DNA of 64,000 bases from Anaerolineae bacterium (GTDB taxonomy: Bacteria > Chloroflexota > Anaerolineae > DUEN01), in the NCBI GenBank assembly GCA_025060615.1, contig JANXBS010000002.1:65244-129243 (forward strand). Direction: 5' to 3'. The first letter of the stretch is position 1. Each line of letters begins with the position of its first letter. This document shows, piece by piece, positions 9,562-16,283 of this stretch. The translations under genes and the position numbers were made by a program. The notes beneath the pieces were generated by a model. The model was not told where the DNA came from. It did not search any database and saw nothing but the letters and a program-made list of their open reading frames with translations.

Positions 9562-10497
9562 CTATCGGTAACGATTGGTCTTAACTCGCCACCAGATGCC
9601 AGGCAGCCGTGCCAGTTTAGCTCCATCGCTCACGTGAGCCCGTCGGTTAAATACGTCGTAGTTATGAGCTTCGATATCATCGAGGATGCCGCGATAAAGT
9701 TCGGCGGCAGCGGCTACGGCGAAGCGACCATGAGGATGCAACATGGCGATACCGGGTAAGGACTCGGCATAAAGGCGGCGAGCTCGAGCGATCTGAAAGC
9801 GCATAAAGGCATGCCAGCGCTCGTCCACCCGGCCCGCAGCGATGTCTTCCTCCGTGAGGTTGTAGGCTGCTAGCTCATGCAGCGGCAGGTATAGCCGACC
9901 TCGCTGCCAATCCTCGCCTACATCCCGTAAGATGTTGGTGAGCTGGAGCGCCACACCTAGCTTGATGGCATAAGGCACAGCCTCGCTTCCGTTGTAACCG
10001 ATAATATGCATAGACATCAGCCCAACCGTAGAGGCTACCCCATAGCAATAATAGGTTAGCTCATCAAATGTCTGGTAGCGAGTGGTAGTCAGATCTTGAG
10101 CGATGCCTTCTAGCAGGTGTTGGACGTAGAGATCTGGAATACGGAAGCGACGCCTAGTGTCATCCCAAGCCAGCAGCACTGGGTCTTGGGCTATAGCCTC
10201 AGGATCTGCCATCTGCGCTTGCCAGGTGGCTAGCGCACTTCTCGGATCTACTGCCTGGTCTGCAGCTTCATCGCTGACACGGCAGAAGGCATAGAGCGCT
10301 CGGATGGCTTGGCGCTTTCCCCGCGGCATGAGAGCGGTGGCCAAAAAGAAGGTGCGGCTATGAGCGCGGGTGATCTGCTCGCAATGCCGGTAGGCTTGTT
10401 CAAGGGTGTACGATTGGCGGGGCGTCGACACTTCTAACCCGGCCAAGGCTTTGGCCAGGAGTCGATGTTCCCAGTGCTGTAAAGAAGTCGTCGTCAT
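9562..10497 (-). CDS. crtB: Phytoene synthase
   Basis: 311 aa squalene/phytoene synthase fold. Asp-rich motifs FCRVSDEAAD and GIAQDLTTTRY..DVGED. Sits directly upstream of crtI. Confidence 0.9.
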   Translation of the reverse strand: MTTTSLQHWEHRLLAKALAGLEVSTPRQSYTLEQAYRHCEQITRAHSRTFFLATALMPRGKRQAIRALYAFCRVSDEAADQAVDPRSALATWQAQMADPEAIAQDPVLLAWDDTRRRFRIPDLYVQHLLEGIAQDLTTTRYQTFDELTYYCYGVASTVGLMSMHIIGYNGSEAVPYAIKLGVALQLTNILRDVGEDWQRGRLYLPLHELAAYNLTEEDIAAGRVDERWHAFMRFQIARARRLYAESLPGIAMLHPHGRFAVAAAAELYRGILDDIEAHNYDVFNRRAHVSDGAKLARLPGIWWRVKTNRYR

Positions 10498-10515
10498 AAC
10501 ATGCCTAACTCCTCA

Positions 10516-11817
10516 TCAGTCACTGAGCGCATTGGCCTCTAGCCAGTCAGCGATTATCCGGCCTTGGCCGTCCATATGCCGTACCACAGCATCCCGATAG
10601 GTGAGCCAGAAAGTCGTCAGCAGGGAGGCCTCTACCTGACGGTGCTGTAAAAGGTCCTTTACCCATGCGAGTTCATCTCGCATGAAGTTGAGATCGCCTA
10701 AGGCAAGCGCTGCTAAAAGTTGCTGGCAGGTAAAACGTAAGCCTGTATCTATGTCCGCCGCCGACGCGCCTAGCTGGACCATGCGTTGCATGACGTCAAA
10801 GGCGATGGCGTCCCTCGCCTGTAGCAGGGCATTGCGAACACTGATCAATGACGTATCTGGCGGCAGAACCTCTGGCTGCGGCAAATCCCGACGAAGCAAA
10901 ATCTCCGTGCTAGTGAGCGCTTCTTCGATGGTTTCCCCCAAAAAGTGCGCTGGGATGCGATGCCGAATCTCGGGAACGGTATTAAAGATACGGCCACCGT
11001 AGCCCACCGGAATGCCGCTTCCCAGCAGCATACGTGCAGTCTCCTGTAGGACAGCCGCACTGCTCAATAGTTGAGCAGCTAAAATAAGAGCAGTCACTTG
11101 CATATCCTCTAGTATAGCACCTAGACGCTCGGCGGGCACATCACTGCCCAAGTAAAGCACCTGCAAACCACGTCGACGCAGCAATAGCGTCAGTAACAGG
11201 GTGGGCACGCTGTGCTGTTCTGTGGATGGCGTGGCTATCAGTAGGATCTCCTTCCGTGTGGCCGGCGGCGTGGCCTGAACCAAGGTGTGAAGGCGTCGAA
11301 CGATCAACTCTACAGCGAAGTGTTCTTGCTGAACAGTGGCTTGATTGCGATACCACAGTTCACCGATCTCTTGCAACCCTTGACACAGCACCTGTAAGCA
11401 GACACTTTCGATATCATATAGAGCGAAAGCCTGATTCAGCATCTGTTCCGCGGCGCGTTCATCAAAGGCCATACACGCGTTTAACCAGGCGGCGCGAAGG
11501 TGATCTAGAGCAGAAGACGGCACAGTTTGTGCCGCTTCAGACGACGGCCAAACGGACAATGGGTCTCGCCCGTGCTCGCTCAATTTGCGCCACAAGGCAA
11601 CCGCCTGCGAGATGCATATGCCCTCGTCCGTACGCGCCTTAAGCCACTTCAGGGTAGCGATGTCACGCTCAGAGTACAATCGGTGGTCGCCTTGAGTCCG
11701 TTGTGGGGTAGGCAGACCATAGCGACGTTCCCAGGCGCGCACCGTATCGGCCTTCAGGCCTGTCCTCTCTAGGACGGTGCTGAGCCTATAGATTGGCGCG
11801 TCCTGTACCATTGACAT
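10516..11817 (-). CDS. CarH/LitR-like MerR-family, cobalamin-binding, light-responsive transcriptional regulator with about 130-aa C-terminal extension
   Basis: N-terminal MerR HTH (IYRLSTVLERTGLKADTVRAWERRYGLPTPQRTQGDHRLYSERDIATLKWL). Four-helix B12-cap region with the ExxW..EHFA pattern (EIGELWYRNQATVQQEHFAVE). Rossmann B12-binding domain (ILLIATPSTEQHSVPTLLLTLLLRRRGLQVLYLGSDVP...GYGG; E-x-H motif). The ORF track begins at a TTG at 11823; ATG at 11817 or 11811 is preferred. Confidence 0.75.
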   Translation of the reverse strand: MSMVQDAPIYRLSTVLERTGLKADTVRAWERRYGLPTPQRTQGDHRLYSERDIATLKWLKARTDEGICISQAVALWRKLSEHGRDPLSVWPSSEAAQTVPSSALDHLRAAWLNACMAFDERAAEQMLNQAFALYDIESVCLQVLCQGLQEIGELWYRNQATVQQEHFAVELIVRRLHTLVQATPPATRKEILLIATPSTEQHSVPTLLLTLLLRRRGLQVLYLGSDVPAERLGAILEDMQVTALILAAQLLSSAAVLQETARMLLGSGIPVGYGGRIFNTVPEIRHRIPAHFLGETIEEALTSTEILLRRDLPQPEVLPPDTSLISVRNALLQARDAIAFDVMQRMVQLGASAADIDTGLRFTCQQLLAALALGDLNFMRDELAWVKDLLQHRQVEASLLTTFWLTYRDAVVRHMDGQGRIIADWLEANALSD

Positions 11818-11849
11818 AACCAATCGATCCCTTTATCCAATGCTACGAG

Positions 11850-11879
11850 ATTATAACCCTTCTATCCAATTTTTGTCAA
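11850..11879 (-). promoter_or_regulatory. Near-consensus sigma70 promoter (TTGACA-N18-TATAAT) for the carH-crtB-crtI... operon
   Basis: Minus strand reads CTTGACAAAAATTGGATAGAAGGGTTATAATC. AAAGGGA RBS precedes the ATG. Flanked upstream by GACAAA/TTGTCAA repeats (see findings). Confidence 0.5.
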
Positions 11880-12236
11880 GTTATATCGAAGCGAAATATG
11901 GACAAATTATTGACAAAGCTTAACGCTAGATCAGCCTTTGCGTATAGCAGGGGATACCCTTGAGGTTGCACACCGTAATAGCCCCGTATTGGAGGCAGAG
12001 CCGAAAGGCGAGGGAACCACTTTCCTCAAGTCTGAGGAAAGAAGCCAAGGAAATGAGATCACGAGCTGACCCCAGCAGAATGCAGCGCTAGCAGCATATA
12101 CAGCATACTCTGAAACGGCTTCGCAAGCGATGGTTGCTGTCAATGAGTTGGTCCTTGTGATGGGCTGACACACCGGCATCCCGAGCGGATTGGCACGGCC
12201 GTGTTCCTTGAGGTCATCAAGTCGGCCAAGCCACCT

Positions 12237-12821
12237 TTATGAGCCGGCCCCACGTAGGAAGACCTCGACGATGAGGTCCACTGCGCCTACAGGATTGCCC
12301 AAGTCTACCGCATGTGCAGGATAGAAGAAAGGATACATCATTCCCAGTAGAATCCACGTTAAGCGAACTGGATCGGCCTGCCTTAGATCACCCAGAGCCA
12401 TCCCTTCGGCCAACACCTCAGCTATAGGGCTTATAAACTGCTCCCGGTATGCGGCATAGAAAGTCTGCCGCGCTTCTGCGCTGATGTGGGTCATTTCCTG
12501 ACTAGCAAGACGGATAATGGCTCGCTGCTCGGGGGGTAAGGATAGGATAGAACGGACGACTGCCCGCAGTCGCACTTCAGTGGTCTGGCCAGAGGCTCGC
12601 GCCTCAGCCACGCGCCTTCCTAGGTCGCGCAGGTCTGCAGACAACACGGCCAGGAATAGCGCCTCCTTGTCCTGGAAATGATAATAAAGGGCTGCCTTCG
12701 AGGCCCCTACCGCCTCGGCGATCTCTCGCATCGAGATAGCATGATATCCGCGGGCGACGAACAACTCCCTGGCTACCTGAATAATCCGATCCCGTAGATT
12801 TGCCAGGTCTTGTTCCCTCAT
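12237..12821 (-). CDS. TetR/AcrR-family transcriptional regulator
   Basis: HTH region IIQVARELFVARGYHAISMREIAEAVGASKAALYYHFQDKEALFLAVL. The ORF track start is 12878; the internal Met (MREQDLANL) at 12821 fits TetR N-terminal length better. Confidence 0.8.
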   Translation of the reverse strand: MREQDLANLRDRIIQVARELFVARGYHAISMREIAEAVGASKAALYYHFQDKEALFLAVLSADLRDLGRRVAEARASGQTTEVRLRAVVRSILSLPPEQRAIIRLASQEMTHISAEARQTFYAAYREQFISPIAEVLAEGMALGDLRQADPVRLTWILLGMMYPFFYPAHAVDLGNPVGAVDLIVEVFLRGAGS

Positions 12822-12849
12822 CCTCGTCCTGCCCCCTCGAGACGCCTTC

Positions 12850-14190
12850 TCAGTCTGCCAGGGCAGAGGCCGGATCAAGCGCAGCCCGATGCTGACGGCG
12901 AGCGAATCCCCCTATATCGACCCGCAGCAAGAGCAAGATCGCCATGCTGAGCCCCAACGCCTCCAGCCAAAAGACCACGCCATAGGCCAGAGCTGGCTTA
13001 GGAAGGGCCCACATGGCCACATCTCGCATGAAGCCCCCGAAGGCGATCCCCAGCCCGCGCGACAGCAGTTGAATCACCGACCACATGGCCAAATAGGTGC
13101 CCGCTTGTGATTCCGCGCTCATCGCCATAAGCAGGCTGGCACCACCTACGGTGAAGATGCCGAAGCCCAGCCCGAATAGGATCAACGACGGTCGCAGCCA
13201 TGCTATCGCCTGGATCGCAGATGCCACGCCGATGAACCCCAGGGACAGGCTCAACCAAGCCATCCCGATCACAGTGGTAGGAACCTGCTGATCCGGTCGG
13301 CGTTGACGCGTGATCAGATAGGCTCCGACCATCCCCATCAACACGCCGATCCCCCAATAGGCGTTGAATCGCGTCGTCTCACCCACCGAGAGGCCGAACA
13401 CATCGCCGCCGAATGGCTCGAGAATCGCGTCCTGCATAAAGGCGAAGAACGCTGCAGTGGCTAAATAGAGCCCATACCTCCGGGCCTGTGGCTCTGACCA
13501 GATCACCATCAGGGCTTGGCGCCACGACAGAGTGTCCGGTGATCGCTGGGGACGCGTCCGCTCTTCTCCAACCACAGCGAAGACCCAGAAGAAGAGCGCC
13601 CCTACCATAGCCATCTCCACGATCTGCCAAAAGCGTGCCAACTCGTAGATGGGCATCACCACCGCATACAGTGCCGGAATGAAGGCGAAGCTTACCACCA
13701 GTATAAACTGGACAATGCTGATGGCCTGTCCTCGGCGCTCATAGGAAGCGCTGTCGTGCACGAGGGCAAGGAAGGGCGCCCCTGAGATCAGCGTCCCCAC
13801 CCCGTACAGGGTGAAAGCGATGAACCCCACCGTCCATCCATACAGGCCTTCTTCCCGACTGATGGCTGCAGCCGAGAGCGGCAGTAACGGCAGAGAAATC
13901 CACATTAGAAGCCGACCTAGCCAGATATATGCCAACCGATAGCTGCCAAAGATCGGGCGCGTGTCTGAGCGGTGTCCGGCCCACAGCGTCAATGGAGCTA
14001 GCAGATAGCGCAAAGCGCTCATTAGCGCGACTAACCACGCCGCTGCGCCCAGCTCTACGATCAACACCCGGTTCCACACAGCCAAGTTCAGCAGGTCGGT
14101 CAGCGATGAACCAATATGGAAGCTGCCCAATTTGAGGGCCCGCCAGGGACTGAAGGCGGGCCCGTGAACCACTGTCGACCCCGAGGACAT
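12850..14190 (-). CDS. MFS transporter, BCD/PucC-like family
   Basis: HRSDTRPIFGSYRLAYIWLGRLLM resembles the conserved PucC/LhaA segment (HLSDTRP..G.RR.PYIWLG). 12-TM MFS topology. Start chosen at MSSGST (14190) to avoid a 43-nt overlap; the ORF track start is 14241. Confidence 0.55.
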   Translation of the reverse strand: MSSGSTVVHGPAFSPWRALKLGSFHIGSSLTDLLNLAVWNRVLIVELGAAAWLVALMSALRYLLAPLTLWAGHRSDTRPIFGSYRLAYIWLGRLLMWISLPLLPLSAAAISREEGLYGWTVGFIAFTLYGVGTLISGAPFLALVHDSASYERRGQAISIVQFILVVSFAFIPALYAVVMPIYELARFWQIVEMAMVGALFFWVFAVVGEERTRPQRSPDTLSWRQALMVIWSEPQARRYGLYLATAAFFAFMQDAILEPFGGDVFGLSVGETTRFNAYWGIGVLMGMVGAYLITRQRRPDQQVPTTVIGMAWLSLSLGFIGVASAIQAIAWLRPSLILFGLGFGIFTVGGASLLMAMSAESQAGTYLAMWSVIQLLSRGLGIAFGGFMRDVAMWALPKPALAYGVVFWLEALGLSMAILLLLRVDIGGFARRQHRAALDPASALAD

Positions 14191-14198
14191 GGCCTGTC

Positions 14199-14660
14199 TC
14201 ACAGACGAAACAGAGGACGCCCGTAACTGAGGAAGGGCCATGGCATCGCTGCCAGGACGAGCAGAATCGCTATCCCGTAGAAGATAGCGCTGCGGCGATA
14301 CTTTCGCATGTCCTCACCCTCCCTTTTCGCCAATATCCTGCCCACATGAGCCATGATGATCCCTAGCAGCATGAAGGAAATGTGCTCCGCGGCCCAATAA
14401 CGAGCGATCGTGTCGCCCATGGCGGCGCCGAAATTTCGCAGCGCTGATGTCGTCAGGGGGCTGAACGCCAGATACAGGCTTAACCCCAATAGCAGTTGCA
14501 GGTCCATCGCCATCAAGAAGATTAGGCTTAGCCTATCAGCCCAGACCCCCCATGGCCGGCGTCTAAGCCAGCCCCACAACGAAATGCCGACGGCTGCTGC
14601 CGCCGCTACTACCACTAACCAACGTACCCAAGAATGGGCGATGAGAAAGGCTAGATACAT
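14199..14660 (-). CDS. Hypothetical integral membrane protein (4 TM)
   Basis: 153 aa hydrophobic ORF packed between two MFS genes in the same operon. No family recognised. Confidence 0.45.
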   Translation of the reverse strand: MYLAFLIAHSWVRWLVVVAAAAAVGISLWGWLRRRPWGVWADRLSLIFLMAMDLQLLLGLSLYLAFSPLTTSALRNFGAAMGDTIARYWAAEHISFMLLGIIMAHVGRILAKREGEDMRKYRRSAIFYGIAILLVLAAMPWPFLSYGRPLFRL

Positions 14661-14664
14661 CAGA

Positions 14665-16086
14665 TCAACCTCCGTCGATCGAATTCACAGCCCCTGCTCT
14701 ATGAGCCTCTAAACCGATTGTTACCATCTCTTCTGTTCTTGACTTTAGCAACAAAGTGAGGAGACTCAGTAAGCCGGAAATCAGTCCTACGAGCAGATAA
14801 GCTGCCCGATATCCGGACACGCCGCCTCCTGTAGATGCAGCTACTGCGCCCACCAATACGCCCCCTACGAGTTGTCCCACACTGGTGAAAAGGGTCAACA
14901 AGCCCTGAGCTGATGCCCGATCGCTTAGAGGCGCCTCGGTTAGGACGATGTACCGCAACGGAGCGCCTAGTAACATAGATAAGCCCAGCCCGATGAGGAT
15001 GCCAGCAGAATAGAAGAGAGCCAACCTCTGCGCCAATAAGCTGAGCATTAATAATCCGGCTGTCAGCAGGGCCATCGCCAGCAACACGACCAGGCGTGAG
15101 CCCTGCCGATCCAGGAGTCTACCAGCTGCTGGCGCACCGATGGCCATCGCCAGCACAGCAGGCACCAACATAAAGCTGGCCACTGATTCTGAAACTTCGA
15201 AAGTGGCCACAATAAAAGCGGGGATAAACACCAGCGCAGCTTCACTAAGGCCAGCCCCAGCGGAAAACACACTAGCTAAGGCGATCTGGCGGGATCCAAA
15301 GAGGCCCAACCGCACTATCGGATTATCCTGACGCTGCTCCCAGGCGACTAACAAGGGGAGAGCGATCAATGAAATGGCCAGGAATGGCCAGACTTGGGGA
15401 GAACCTAAGCTCTCCCCAAGGCGCAATGTATCTAGCTGGTTCAGCGCGTAAGCTAGGGAGGCCAGCAAGGCCCCTAGAATACCCATTCCGATCGCATCGA
15501 AAGCGAGCCTTTGTCCCAGCCTCCTAGCAGGCAGAAGACGCAAACTGGCGATGATCACTCCCAGGGCGATGGGCAGATTGATCAGAAAGAGCCAGCGCCA
15601 GCCGAAGAGGAGAAGCGCGCCTCCCAGGATAGGCCCGATGAGGAAGGCAATGCCAAAGACTGCGCCGATCAGCCCTAATGCGCCGCCCCGTCTCTCCGGA
15701 GGAAAGGTATCGCCGATGACAGCGCTAGCCACTGGGAAGATACCGCCTGCACCTAGTCCCTGGATAGCGCGCCCCAGGAGAACGAATGAGAACGATGGGG
15801 CAGTGGCCACTATCAGCGAGCCTAGGGCGAAAAGCCCCACGTCGGCCACGTAGATGGCTCGCCGCCCAAGGCTATCCGACAGCTTAGCCATTAAGGGCGT
15901 ACCCACTAAGTTGAACAGTACGTAGATGGTAAAGATCCAAGCGAGAGAGCGCTCACCGATGCCGAAAGCTCGTTGAACGGCAGGCAGCGCTGGCCCAACG
16001 ATGGCAATATCCAGTGCACCCATAAGGACGCCGATGAACAAGAGCAAGAGGACCCGATTTCGCTTCTGGTCATCCATGCTTTTCAC
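14665..16086 (-). CDS. MFS transporter, DHA2 (EmrB/QacA-like, 14-TM) drug-efflux family
   Basis: 473 aa. N-terminus LLLLFIGVLMGALDIAIVGPALPAVQRAFG and motif A GTPLMAKLSDSLGRRAIYV are typical of DHA2 exporters. Confidence 0.8.
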   Translation of the reverse strand: MKSMDDQKRNRVLLLLFIGVLMGALDIAIVGPALPAVQRAFGIGERSLAWIFTIYVLFNLVGTPLMAKLSDSLGRRAIYVADVGLFALGSLIVATAPSFSFVLLGRAIQGLGAGGIFPVASAVIGDTFPPERRGGALGLIGAVFGIAFLIGPILGGALLLFGWRWLFLINLPIALGVIIASLRLLPARRLGQRLAFDAIGMGILGALLASLAYALNQLDTLRLGESLGSPQVWPFLAISLIALPLLVAWEQRQDNPIVRLGLFGSRQIALASVFSAGAGLSEAALVFIPAFIVATFEVSESVASFMLVPAVLAMAIGAPAAGRLLDRQGSRLVVLLAMALLTAGLLMLSLLAQRLALFYSAGILIGLGLSMLLGAPLRYIVLTEAPLSDRASAQGLLTLFTSVGQLVGGVLVGAVAASTGGGVSGYRAAYLLVGLISGLLSLLTLLLKSRTEEMVTIGLEAHRAGAVNSIDGG

Positions 16087-16283
16087 CTCAGGTGCTTACT
16101 TACCGACCGGTCAGTCACATCCTGCAAGATATCGTATGGCGGCTGTAGATGCGGTAAGGATACATCCAATAGATTCTCTAAGAATCGCGTCCTTTGTTCT
16201 GCTTGCGAGACCTATGATATACTCAGCCCTGTGGTAACCATCTTGGCGAGCTGCTGCGAAGGCACCTTTAGGGAGCACGGGGC

